Origin: Selaginella moellendorffii
Taxonomy: Eukaryota > Plantae > Lycopodiophyta
Assembly: GCF_000143415.4 (NCBI RefSeq)
Contig: NW_003314279.1
Coordinates: forward strand, 558,130-622,129
Direction: 5' to 3'
DNA: 64,000 nucleotides
Every line of letters starts with the position of its first letter. The first letter of the stretch is position 1. Positions 21,695 to 34,937 of the stretch are shown here, in pieces. Both the position numbers and the translations under genes were made by a program. Under the pieces are notes generated by a model that made no database searches, was not told the DNA's origin, and was given only the letters and a program-made list of their open reading frames with translations.

Positions 21695-23305
21695 GCGCTA
21701 TCATATTTCCGTTGCATGCAAATGGTAAGCAAACCGTTTCTGGAAAAAGCTCTAGTCTGCTTCATGTCGGCACTAGAGGGAAGCTTAATCTTCCTTTGCT
21801 TGAAGGCGTTGGCATTGCTTTTAACGATGAGTTCGTTCCCTGCACCCACTATTATTTTCTCTCGCGACAAGCCTACACAGTCACAAACAAACCAACAGCT
21901 CTTGAGAAAACTAAAAAGTTTCAAGGGGTATACCTGGAACTTCGACATGAAAAATGTGGTAATCCTTGTCATCTTCAATAGTTGCCTTGAGATGTTTGTT
22001 CTTGGCTACAAATATGATATCAATACTTTTGTTTAGCTCACCCTCGTCGAAGTCCTCAATTGGCACTGTCAGATCTGTCTCTTGGCAAATGGTGAGAATC
22101 TCATCCTGGAGATTAACTATTGCACCATCGACATCAGCGTAAGGAGGAATGGCAAGCTTCTTGTGCCAGAACACGTCCTTCTCCGTGGAAACAAGCACAC
22201 CCTTTCCATCTTTCGCAACACGCACTTGATCCAGCGATGTGAGACCTGTCGCGCACAAGGAAAAAGAAATAAGATAACAACACCTGTAAATCATTACTTA
22301 CCGGGCACTTGCACATCAACAGTGTAGAACTGCTGGTTCTCTAAGAACGACCAAAATAGCTTGCGCTCGTCATATCCTGCAAGCCACAGAGAAAAAGAAA
22401 TAAAAAACTCCAGGGAGGAAAAGCCATACCTTTATCAACGAGCTTGTGGCAGTTTAGCAGCAGTTGGTAAGCGTGTTTCTTCTCAAAGTTGTAAAGAGCG
22501 ACGAGACCTCCGTGACGAGGGAACTCTGGCAACCCCCCGGTATCAGCCACCTCCTGCGCCAACTCAAGGCTCCTGGCACACCTCGTCAACTCAAGGCTGG
22601 TGACACCAGTATGTGGCACGACCGGTGTAGCATATGATCGAGATTGCTCCCAGACCAGAGCGGCGAGGCTCGTGGACCGCAGACCAATGAGCTTGATATC
22701 AGAGGCAAACAGACCGCCTGCTCCTGCAACTCGTGCACGCTTGGCCCCCTGGAGAAGACTTCCTTCTCGGCTCGGCAGGCAGCACTCCGGCAAAAGTCGT
22801 GCGCGAGGCGAGTTTCTTCCTGATCATGTCTGGATACGGGCAACCGTAGTCGCCTATGTCGTCAAACCCGAGTGGTTTCCCAGCGGATGGGGGGAATTCG
22901 CCGCTCACGATTTCGGTGTACTGGAGCATGTGATCCAGGAGATGCCCCTGGAAGCGAGATGTAGGGGTGGCTCTCCATGCAAGCGGCGAATTGCATCCTC
23001 CGAGGCATCGTTCACGAGCTTGACCATGGATGGAAACGAGTCGCCGCAGTCGTCAAGCCCGAGTGGTTGTTCAACAGGGGGGAATTCGCCGCTGGTTGTG
23101 ATGCAGGACATGCGACTGGAAGGCGTCGCTGGCCCACCCACTGCCGTCTAGCGCCCTAAAGACTTGGCCGCGGACACGGTTGTTTAGGCCAGAAACTCTC
23201 CATACTCGTCATCAGTGTTTTTCTCACCTGAGAGAGTTTATTGCATTTGCTACTGCTGCTCCTACTCCTACTCGCATTTGCTATGTGGATGAAGCGCTTT
23301 AACAT
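21695..23305 (-). pseudogene. Double-ACD family copy 3; both ACDs present, N-terminal exon frameshifted with an internal duplication
   Basis: ATG at 23305 (MLKRFIHIA...); the GEFPP..(K/Q)PLG.DD block is present twice (22860-22925 and 23040-23095); ACD exons conserved. Confidence 0.75.
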
Positions 23306-23389
23306 TCTGAGAAGTCTTTCAAAGAACCCTATACCCCGTAGGATTTCGCCACAACACAGAAACCAAAACTTAATTCCCTACACAGAAAC

Positions 23390-24090
23390 AGACTAGGCTC
23401 CTAGAGTAATCCGCAGCATTTCTTCAAGCTCTCCATCATGCCTCGCCGAATCTGTGTGGGCAATTCCAAACAAAATCAGCATAAATGTTATGCGTAACGC
23501 GCAGTTTTCACTAACCGGTTTGCTTGAGCGCAAGTGGCGAGAGGTGCCTCAGTGACCGAGCAGTTTCTTTACACCATTCTTCATTGGTACTGGCCTAGTT
23601 GACAAGAAAGAAATCAACGCAAAGGCTCACCAGAGACTCGATTATCTCTTCAACGCGGTCCTTCGAGAAGCAGTAATCCTGGAAAAGCATAGAAGCTTGT
23701 TAGTTCATACATAGAGTCCCATAAAAGCTTACTTTTTCATGACAATGCTCTCTCCAGCCTCTGGCATCTTAGGATAGCCTCCTGTATTCATGGAAATTCA
23801 CCAACGTCTTCTCAAGCTCCGGAACATCCTGCAATAGTTTGATTGAAATGTACGAAGAAATAAGAGAACGGAAAACCACCTTTAAAGGGACAAAATGCGT
23901 CGCTCGATGCCACAAGCTACCGTATAGGCCAGCCTCGAGCCCGTGAGCGCAAGGTATGAGGAAATACGAGGCACTACAATCGGTATGAAAACCAACGGCA
24001 ACTTCGGACTCTTAGATGCTCTCAAGTAGCAACCACAAAACTTATAACATTCTCGGTGACGATTCTAAACGTGCGGGGAAACGTAAATCC
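23390..24090 (-). pseudogene. Partial degenerate duplicate of the HIBCH-like gene
   Basis: Colinear with 25315-26230, with many small deletions and retained intron remnants. Confidence 0.85.
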
Positions 24091-24294
24091 ACAACGAAAG
24101 CACAAGAAATTAAGGCACAGGCTACTGGATAATCTCTTCAACACTCCTTGAGAAGCATCCATCGTGGAAAAGCATGCCAGAGTCTTACAGCAATTCTAAA
24201 ATCCTTGACACAAGCTTCCAATGTTCTTTCGAAAGGTTTTGGACGCAAAAATCAATCCTTATCTCTACCTGCTGGTATCTTCTAGTGTTTTCCT

Positions 24295-24695
24295 TTTTGC
24301 AGGCGAGCGACCAGGATATTGGTGCCGGGTTGCTGCTCTTTCCTAGCTGTCAACCTCTTCGACCTCTGTTTTCTCAATCTTTCAGGATCGTGGCCTGCAA
24401 TGGGGAGTGAAAGTCGCAAGTCTGTCAATGTTCGAATCATTTCAGTGTTCATCAAATCATCTCTTTCTCGTTAATCTTCTAGCTTGTCTAAAGTTCTCCC
24501 TTCCACCAGGATTACGCTCTTCCTCAATGGCATGTTCGGAACAATCCAGATGATGAGCGTGACAGACTAATTTGTGGAGCACAAGCAGCAGAGCTCTAAA
24601 AGTCGATCAAGATAAGTATAATAAATGCGCTACTAAATCGCGCTCTTTGGAATGCGAATGGTAAGCGAATAAAAAACTCTACCCTGCTTCGAGTC
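24295..24695. pseudogene. Mosaic of ZIFL fragments (+, ~24295-24555) and an ACD2/3'UTR tail (-, ~24590-24695)
   Basis: ctttctc...agcttgtctaaagttct...ccaggat and aatggcatgttcggaacaatcca match 32085-32230; ctctaaaagtcgatca and gcgctctttggaatgcgaatggtaagc match 992-1115. Confidence 0.65.
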
Positions 24696-25020
24696 ATACT
24701 CATGTTCTGCTCTTAGGCGGAAGATCACCACCCATCCAAACTCTGAAGACGAATTGCCGCTAGTGACATCCGCCACCACTCGGAGATCACTGCCGAGATG
24801 CGTACTGGTCTCCCATCGAAGTGGTTCTGGTTCCGCGTCCCCGAGAGTTTCTTCCCCTTCTCGCAAAAACCCTAAGCCTCTAAGCTCATGAATATTCGCG
24901 ATTATTTTGAATTCAAACAAGAAAATGGCGGGAGTTTGCCTGGATCTCCTAGGCCGAGTATTTGCCACTCCACCTTGAATTGAAGGGTTTGAAGGGATGA
25001 CGAAAGGGATTTTAGTTAGT

Positions 25021-26901
25021 TTACCTTTCCTCGTCTTCCAGAGGCAATTGAATTTGCTCCCTGGCAGTGTAGGTGTTCAAGATCAACTCTACCATGTCAT
25101 CCGTGACTTCGGCAAGAGTCGATGGATTCCACTGCAAAAGTTTCACCAATTAACATGGCTGAACCTTAACGTTTGAGAGCCAACACAACCAACCTTTGGA
25201 GCGCGATCTTTATCCACAACCACAGCTCTAATCCCCTAGTCATAATCAGAAAGAAGCAGAAAGAACTTTTATGGAACCAGGAAACCGAAGAACTTACTTC
25301 GTAGAGATCATCCGAGACTAGGCTCCTTAAGCAATTTAGAGTAATCCGCTGCTCTCTTTCCAAGCATTTCTTCAAGCTCTGAGTCCTGCCTTGCCGGATC
25401 TGTGTTGACAATTCCAAACACAATCAGCACAAAAATTGCGTACGCGCGCGCGCGAGAGAGTTTCTTCTAACCGATGCTAAGGCTTGCTTGAGCGCAATTG
25501 GCGAGAGGCGCCTCAGTGACCGTGCAGTTTCTTTACACCATTCGTCATTGGTACTGGCCTAGTGAAACGGTTGACAAGCGGGATTTATCAAGAAAGAAAT
25601 CAACGCAAAGGCCTCAGGGACTCACCAGAGACTCGATTATCTCTTCAACTCGGTCTTTCGAGAAGCAGCTGTTTATCCAAGTCATCCTGGAAAAGCCTGG
25701 AAGCTTGTTAGTTCATACGTAAACTTTGAACGATTAAGAAGTTTTGCCTTTTCATGACACTGCTCGCTCCAGCTTCAGGCGTCTTAGCAAATCCCTGGAT
25801 AGCCTCCTGTATTGAGCTTTCCGGTTGTAAATTCAGCAAAGTCTTCTCAAGCTCCGGAACATCCTGCAATAGTTTGATTGAAATGTAAGAAGAGATCAGA
25901 AAACGGAAAACCACCTTTGAAGGGACAAAATGCGTAGCGATGCCACAAGCTAGCATATCAGCGCTGTCCAGTTTCGAGCCTGTGAGCGCAAGGTATTCTC
26001 CTGAAAAACTTAAATTTGAGATCAAGTAAGAAATCTCAAAGAGTGATTTTTACCCAGATGTCCTGGAAGTCGTGGAAGGAAATACGAGGCACTACAATCA
26101 GTATGAAAACCGACAGCAACTTCGGGAGTGGAGAATGCCTGGCAGCGAAACTGTTAGATACTCTCAAATAGCAATCACAAAACGTACAGCATTCTCAGTG
26201 ACGATTCTAAACGTGCTGGGAAACGTAAAGCCTGCTCCCCCTCCCACAACGAGTCCGTGCCAAATAGCTACCTGTGAAGAACAAAAGTCTCTAAGTTCCA
26301 AGTCTTCTAGGCTTTGAGAAAGGTGATGTGAACATACTCTTGTTTTCCTGTAGCTGTACAGGTGATAGTCGAGCCAGTACTTTTTGTACACGACTTCCTT
26401 CCACGATTCGTCTGGGAAAGACACGCAAGGGAATCAAAATCACCAAAGCTTAATCCTTGAACAAAACCTTTCCTGTGATCGTAGAACATGCGCAGGTCAC
26501 CACCAGCAGAGAAAACCTTGCCTGCGGCCTGCGAGACAGGGATTAAAAAAGAGAAGAATGGTAGGTGGAGCTCACCTTGATGATTATAAGCTCCACACTC
26601 TCATCTCTCTCCCACTGCTCAAACAGCTCCGCGAGTCGGGAGACCTGAAAGAGAAAGCTCAAGAACAAAAACCAGGATGCCGCAAAGGCTTCTTGATCCA
26701 AATGCAAACTCTTACAACGGAGAGATTGAGAGAGTTGAGCACTCGAGGGCGATTGAGGGTCATTACTCGCACCCTATCGTGAGCATCCACGAGCACCTCC
26801 TCCATCTGGAACAGAAACAATCTATGAGAGAACAAGAAACAAAGAGACTGTTTGAGAGCTCCCTCTTTATCGCAAACCTGATTTTCGTCCGGCATGCCCA
26901 T
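25021..26901 (-). CDS. 3-hydroxyisobutyryl-CoA hydrolase-like (crotonase fold), multi-exon
   Basis: MTLNRPRVLNSL, GKVFSAGGDL, HGLVVGGGAG, PEVAVGFHTDC, GEYLALTG...ACGIATHFVPS, GIRAVVVDKDRAPKWNP. The 3' end may include a further small exon. Confidence 0.9.
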
Positions 26902-27209
26902 GGTGGACGGATGGATGATAGAAATGTGCTCGCTCGCTCGCTCGGCCCCAAACATCTTTTAACTTAAAGAGGTGGTGCTACGCCTCTACGAGTCAAAGCT
27001 TTACGACCAGCAGGCACACGTTGGTATCCAAACCAAACTCGATCTTCTCGCACAAACTGGTCAGATCATGTCACTGTGGTATTGTAGCACGCGTAAATCT
27101 TCGAAGAATGTTTTTCATTGCGCAGCCGAGTAGTATCGAAGCTCGAGTTTTTTTACATCGCTATGTAGTGGAATGGGTGTCATGCCAGGATCTTGTCACT
27201 GTATTGACA

Positions 27210-29671
27210 TCAAGCTAGCTGATCCGCTGCTTTCTCGTCTTGAAGCTTGTTGGTGGACGCGGGCAAGAAAGGCCTGAGCGTGGCCAGGACCGTAAGAAAG
27301 GCAAAGAAAATGAGGAAGAAGAACACCAGCTCGTCCCCTGCACATCCAAAGTTGTCAAGTTACTCTCACGCACGTCTCACGAATTTGCAAACTTGTTTCT
27401 CACCTGGAAGGAAGGCTGCGTGCTGGCGCTTTTGAGCCCAAGCAAACCTGAGAAAAAGAACTGCGTTAGCTCCTTCCTCCTTGGTAGCCAAATATCAGAA
27501 ACGAGTACTCACACTGATCCTCCTCCTGCCGGGCCAAGAGCCTTGAAAAGAGAAACAACGCTTAGTGAGAGTCCATTTGCAGCACCTCTCTGTTCTTGAG
27601 TCTGCAAGCAAAAAAGAAAAGAGAAGAGAGAAAGAGAAGAGAACGTGAACTTCCGGGGGAAAACCAAGAAATGGACGACTCATTATACCACGGAGTTGTT
27701 TATCAGAAGAAACGATCCGGTCATTGTGGCCGTCTGCAAGAACAAAGCCCATTAGCATTGAAACATGTAGTAGTAGACTGGTCACGTACGGTGAGCACGA
27801 ACTTAAGCACGGAGGCAGTGAGCAAGACTACCCACAGCCAAACGTTTTCCAGCTTTGACATGAGAGGATATATACAAAGTATAGGAATTGCCAGAATCTG
27901 AGAGAAAGGACAACAAAATCAGAAGAAGGAACTTATAGCATCTTACTTACAGCTGATATCCGAGTCATGAAAATAGGCCCAAGCATGTTCGCAACAGCAG
28001 GAAAAATTGTAAGCTGGAAAACAAGCATGGCGAAACCTGCAACCATAGTTCCCGATCAGTGCCTGTCAAAGCCACGGTTACACAGGGATTCACCTGAAAT
28101 AGCCAGCACTTCTCCAACGTCAGAGCTAGTGAAGCTAAGTCCTCCTTGTAATCTTGGACTAACAGCCCACAGTGAGAAAATCTACAATCAAACAGAAGTC
28201 AGCCCCACGCGAAGAAATGGTTGCAACGTATACCTCTGTGTAGGCAATGTCATGGAGGGACCAAAGGCAATACACAGTTGTTGATGCAAGGAATGGCCAG
28301 TTCTTGAGAATGGACTGCTTTCTTGCCGGTTGCTTGTCTTCAGCAGCTGATATGTCCCTTTTAGGATGCTTGTGGAGTGTTTCCTGGCAAAAGGAAAAGA
28401 AGAAAACCTCAAACACTGCACTGCCAAAAGAAAGAGCACTTACAGGTAGAGTAAAACACATACAGAGACCGAGTAACGCTATCGCGGAGACAACCAGAGC
28501 TTGCAATAAGTATGGAAACCTGCCACGCAGAAAGAAGAAGAAAAAGAACCATAAGAAAGAATCAGAAGTGCTGCCAGTTACCGTGCAAAGAGGGATCCAT
28601 GGTGGAAAACATTTGGATACTTTACAGCCGGCTGCAAGGGGAAATTTGTCAGCTGTATACAATTCTCCGCATAAATACCTGCGACAGGAACCCCCCCAGA
28701 GCTGGTCCAACTATAAGTCCTAGCCCCCAAGTTGTGCCAACCTACGAGAGAGACATTTTTGCCAGGAGTTAAGAAACTAGTGTAACACCGTACGTTGCCG
28801 AGAGACAAGGTTTTCAAGCAATTCAGTAACTTACGACCGACACACCTAGTGCTTGATGCTCGTCGCTGCAAATCTCCGATGCGTACGCCTGAACAGATTA
28901 AAACCGTGTCAACGAGATGAACTTCACTAGTAGAAGACCCGTACCTTAACCGGACCAAGCATGCCATTGAAGCTGCCAAGGCAAAACCGGGTCACCAGAG
29001 CCATGGTGAAGCTCGTGCTCACGCCAAACAACGTATTGAAGACCAACCTGATTATGAACAGATGCTCAGAATGAAAGATACTAGACAAAGTTTGACAAAC
29101 GACAGAGGAAGTTTGCTTACACTGACACAATTCCAAGCACCATCACTGGCCTCCGGCCAATCCTATCCGCCAAGTAGCCCCAGAACACAGCAGTGAAGAA
29201 ACGTCCAGCCATAAACGACGATCCTGAACAGTCGACTCACTCTCAGTTCCAAAAGCGAGCAACATGTAGACGACAAAGTAGAGAAAGCATTACCAATCCA
29301 TCCTGCGTAGAAACCAATATCGCTCTCGGCTTTCGCAACATGGAAATCACGCACCTGGAAAGAACAAAACGTGTAGCAAGAAGCCAACCCGGAGAGTATC
29401 TCACCATAAAATATAGAAACGGGTAAAGCACGGAAATCGGCAGCGCTGTCGAAACCATTTGGATCGATGAGACAGAACGAGAAAGAATAACGTAAAGCGC
29501 TGCTAGGATAGACAACGTACCATTGCAAAGAACCACGAATCCCAGGGACACCAGCTGCTTCAGCGGCGGCGGCGATCCCTTCTCGCGGAGCCGCCATATC
29601 TGGCAGCCGGGACAATCCGGGAACTCGAGCTCCGGCTGTTGACGATCGCGTCCTAGCAGCGGCTCCTCCAT
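27210..29671 (-). CDS. ZIFL: ZINC-INDUCED FACILITATOR-LIKE MFS transporter
   Basis: MEEPLL...[38 protein letters not shown]...[20 protein letters not shown]; ends [17 protein letters not shown]. Confidence 0.9.
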
Positions 29672-31503
29672 ATGGCTCGGGGATCGCGCAAAACCCTAGA
29701 CGCCAGTGGCGCGCGACACAGCTCTACGATTGCGACAATGCTCCTCTCTCTGAGCTTCTCGCTGGAAAGGAGATGCTTGGCCTTGATTATTCTGTCGACG
29801 TGGCTGGAGCGTTTACGTCCAAAGTGAAACGTGGTTGACTCGACTGGCCACCGCATTGTAATAATATCGCATAGCCCTTGTTTGCTTGCAGTTGCGTAGA
29901 AAAACCACACACTAAGTCCACGAGAATCTCGGAAGCATCAGATCACACTCTTGTTATGGAAATGTGAGCCGTGTTTGTTCTATATGAGCGTGCTACAAAG
30001 CTTGTCTTCACGTACGTGATGGAGCAAGCTGAGATGATTCTCTCCTTCCCAGGGTGACTGTTACATCGGCTTGATCGGGAAATTTCAATGTGCAAGGCTT
30101 TGAAGGCTCGAGATTTGCTGCAATGCCGGGCATTTCAGATCGAGTTTTCTGCTCGAGCAGAATCTAGAGTAGATGTCCAATCCTCAAATTCCATGGCAAA
30201 TGAATTGTAATAAAGGTGGCAGAACCTTGTCAAACATCATATATACGATCCAAAGAAGCATTTCATGGATCTATCGATCGAGTCAGAGACCCTCTGGCGT
30301 GTACTCTCGGCCTGGGCTTCCTAATTCGAGGAATGGCATCCATCTCGAGTTTTAGAAATAGCCTGCGCTTTTGTCACAAAGCCAGACCGATAGCTAGATC
30401 AAAAGAAAATTTCTTACTTGTTTTTCTATGGTTCTTGATTCTGACACTGCTCTCCTTACAAACACCCCACCAAACACACAGGCACACACGCTAGACAAGG
30501 CGAGAAAGATACAAAACAAATCAATCGTATCCAAGTCCTTGGCAATAACTCTCTCTATATAGCTGGATCATGTAGAGCTGCTATATAGATCGATACGATA
30601 CATGTTTCTTCTTTTCATGTGGGCGATCTCATCTCCGCAATGCGCGTGTGGTTTGCTGCCTGTCGGCACAGATTCGCTGGCGAGGAATGGGCTCCTGCAA
30701 AAGAATCCGGATGAAAAACAACCCAAGATGGAGAGAACAGGAGTCCTTATGAGTGGAGGCCGAAGAACACACTCTCTTAAAAGGTCTGTTCAGTTGTAAA
30801 TGTGGGTGGTCTCAAGTTGGAGGAGCACGGCCAGGCCTGCACTGCTCGTGGGTTCTCGCTGGATCGACTCTGCCCTTTATCTTTCGCTCGTAAGAAGATT
30901 TTTTGACCTTGACGTACAATCCATCAGCCATCAATCACCCAACAGGGTCAGCAAGTTGTAGAGGAATCCAGCCATCCATGTCCAGTTTTTTTTCCTTTGC
31001 TTTTCCCTTTTCTTCGTTTTCACCCGGTCAGTGATCACACATCGTCTCCTTCTCCTGGTAACAACACCCAGTGTGATACCACAGGGCGAAGGTCTTTTGC
31101 CTGTATGATTGAGCAGCATGGTACAAAAGGAATTGATGAGAGGGCTGGCCTACAGCACCTTTCAGTGCTTCATGAAATCTGACGCTGCTCCAACTTTGTT
31201 CACCACCACCACCACCACCACCACAAGATCACTGCTAGCGCATTTCCCGGGTCTCGTCTCGCTTCATACAAACACCCAACATCAGAGGCTCCAACATTCT
31301 CCGAAGAAAACAAAGGAGGATAGAAGAAAGGAGAGAGAGAGAAGTGACAAAGAGGGGAGAGCTCTCCAGCGCGCCTCGAGATAGAGTCCCAAGAGATCAT
31401 CTGACTTGACTTTCCAAAAGCGTGAAGCAAGGAAAGCGTAGAAAAAAGAAGTAGAAGATAGCGAACAAAGAGAAGAGTTTGTGAGCAAAGATTGTTCAGA
31501 GCG

Positions 31504-34039
31504 ATGACTACTCCCAGTGAAGATCTCATCAAGGAGCCTTTGCTGCTCAAATCGAGCCGAGAATGCCCTGGTTGCAAATGCATGCCGCACGAGGAGGACG
31601 GGCCGCCGATCAAGTATCTGGTTCTCATCGGATTCATCATGCTTTGCAATGGTGAGTTTGTTGATTCACCAATTTGCGAAGAACTGCTCTAACCATCTCT
31701 GTTTTCCAGCTTTGCCAATCACCATCTTGTTCCCTTATCTCTATCTGCTGGTAAACTCCCGATCTTCCGAAGTTCACGGCTTTTCTTCTTCGAGCAAGTC
31801 TAAAGTTTTTTCTTCCGCAGGTCCGGGACTTTAATGTCGCAGACTCGGAGAGCGACATCGGCTACTACGCAGGATTCATTGGTGAGAGGATTGAATTCGC
31901 TGCTCCTGATCTGTTTCACGACAATGACGATCCCTGCTTTCTCATAATCTCACGTTGGAAACTTTCAGGCTCATCCTTCATGATTGGGAGATTTTTCACC
32001 GGCTTGCTGTGGGGAGTGGCAGCGGATCGATATGGTCGCAAGCCCGTCATGTTCTGCGGAATCATCTCAGTGTTCGTCACATCATCTCTTTCTTTCCAGC
32101 TTGTCTAAAGTTCTTTCTTCCTCCAGGATCATCTTCAACACGCTCTTCGGCTTTAGCACCTCGCTCTGGATGGCGGTGGTCACCAGGTTCTGCCTGGGAA
32201 GCCTGAATGGCTTGTTTGGAACAATTCAAACCTTCGCAACCGAAATTTGCAACAAAAAGTATCGGAGCTTGGGACTGGCTGTGGTAAGATTCACAAGCAA
32301 ACCATCTTGTAGTTAGTAGAACTCGTAGAACTTTAAAAGTCGGTCTTGCTCGATAGCAAAACGTTGGATCTTGGGAAATTCCTCATTCGTTTCGATCCTA
32401 CAGGTTAGCACTGCTTGGGGATTCGGACTCGTCCTTGGACCGGCAATCGGCGGCTTCTTAGCCGAGGCAAGCAATGATATCTAGCGAAAACTTTTATCAT
32501 ATCGTCATTGAGAAAAACCATGTCAATGCCGTGATTTACAGCCAGCTCTCAAGTATCCGGAATTGTTCCAAGGCTCTTTATTCGACCGGTATGTAGTCTC
32601 CTCTCTCAAGTTGAAGGAATGAAGAATCTCTTTTCCTTCCTTTCCGCGATTCCAATCGATCGAGATTCTCATGGCCGTGCGATCTTCTCCGCAGGTACCC
32701 GTACCTTCTTCCGCCACTGTGTGTTACAGTGTTTGCGCTGCTTGTGCTCGTCGCTTGCCACTTTCTACCAGTAAGTCAAGACTACTATTGGCAAGTTCTC
32801 CAAAAATTTCTTCTTTTTACAGGAGACTTTGCACATCCATGCCAAGGAAGTTGCCAACACCCCTGAGATCGAGAGCGGGGTAATCAGCGATGACTGCGAG
32901 AAGCGATCCATTTTCCAGAACAAGGCGCTCATCGTCTCCATCGCTCTTTTTTGCTTTGCTTCACTTCACGACATTGCTTTCTTAGAGGTAAACAAAGTAT
33001 GCTCCAACTTTTTCTAATCTCTTGCTCTCTCCTTTACAGGTTTTCTCCCTTTGGGCTTTGAGCTCCAAGAGTACGGGAGGACTGTCTTTCACGAGCTCCG
33101 ATGCCGGAAGGGTTCTCACAGTCGCTGGTGAGTATCAAACCGTTAACTTTTCTCGTGGACGAGTCTTAATGTGGATGTTGCAGCTCTTGTCATGCTGATC
33201 TGTCAGCTAAGCTTCTTCCCTGTGGTCACCCGGCGCCTCGGACCAGCAATGGTCACTCGGATAGCATCCGTAAGTTCTATGGATTCTTGCGATCGCGCTG
33301 CTGAAATGTGAAACTCAAACTCATTCTGGCAGGGACTTACGCTGCCACTTCTCGTCATCTATCCGTTTATGTACGAGCTCACTGGAGCCTGGCTCTGGTT
33401 CGTGATCTTGACAGTGTCAACTCTTAAGTACATTTTCATGGTAAGCTCTCGAGACTCTCCTCGTTTCAGTTGTTTCACCCGGAGTTTCCATCTCCCAGGA
33501 AGCAACAGCGACAGGCCTGGCCATCCTCGTCAACGTCTCAGTGGTAAGCAGCTTTGTTTCTTACAGACCAAAGTGTTGATCCGTCAAAATCGTGGGGCGG
33601 CTTTTTGTCACAGAGGCAAGAGGAGCGTGGAACAGCGAATGGATTTTCGCTCAGCCTCTTGTCGCTTTTCAAAGCCATTGGGCCGACAGCTGGAGGCACA
33701 GTGTAAGTTGCTCCATCCATCGATTTATAGTGACATGTTTCGGTGGTTTCTCGATCCGGATCCAGTGCTTCTCCCCATCTCTCTCGCTTTTTTAATCCAA
33801 TCAAGCTTTATCTCTTTGCAGGTTTGCTTGGTCGAGAAAGAGGCTGCACGCTCACTTTCTTCCAGGTAAAAAGCCATTCTAGTCCTCCGTAAAGATCTCC
33901 GCGATTGATTTCTCTCTCGCTCTCTCTCTCTCTCTCTTTTCTAGGAAACGAGTTCGTCTTCTTCTTTCTCGGAGTTTGGATGCTTATAGTCTGCGTTGGA
34001 ACGTTGCATCGATCGCTCCCACGCTCTGCATTGATCTGA
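31504..34039 (+). CDS. ZIFL: Second ZIFL MFS transporter, divergently oriented
   Basis: KEPLL...[50 protein letters not shown]; one probable GC-AG intron (donor ~32467). Confidence 0.9.
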
Positions 34040-34937
34040 TCTTACATCACGCTGACGAGCAAATTCTACGTTTTGTGTGTGTGTGTGTGCAAGGAGGCAA
34101 AACCTCCAGGATAGCCAGTTATGTAGTTACAATGTGAAGTATCAACCGATAGATGAGATGACAAGAATGTATAAGTATCGTACCCAGGAATTATAAAATA
34201 CGTACTTCCAGGTCTTGATTGCTCGAAATCGACACCCTTTGACTTTACAGTCTGTATGAGTCAACTCTGGTAAAACTATACTATCTCCATGAATAGAGTG
34301 CACAGTTCTTGGAATTTTAGAAGAGGCCCAAAAAGGATCACAGATCAATTCGACTCGTAGCGTTTTTTCGGGAGACACACACGACAATGGACAAAACGAT
34401 CGACTGGGCACTGGGGATTCGTGTTCCTTGCGGTTGGAGAGCAGCAGGCCCTCTTCGATCGATGGTTCCCACTGTGGACTTATTTCGATCCCAAACCATT
34501 CAATTCGTCGAGATTTCACTGTCGAACAACTCGTCCTCTTCTTCTGAGCGAGAATTTTTAAGCTCTGTTTAGATAGGCATCAAAGCATCGAGATCTCCAT
34601 GATGAGCGCTCGAGCCCATGGAGAAAGATATTTTCCCTGGCGAGGGGAGAGAGAGAAAATCCCGGCCGTTAATGGTTAAGCATATTCGTCAGGCATAACG
34701 CGTGCTAGCCGTCCATACGGGGATCATCGTGGCCGTTGCCCACACTCACACGATGGCGCTTTTAAGCTAGTGAAGATCTCTCACTGGGACGGCCAACCGA
34801 TCCTCTCTTTGGATTCCAAGGAAAAGCGAGAGAGAGATCCATTCCATAGCAGCATTTGGACGATACCATCGGGGTAAGGAAGGGATTTTTGATGCTAGGA
34901 GAGATTCTAGAGGGGAGGAAGAGGAAGAAGAAGAGGA

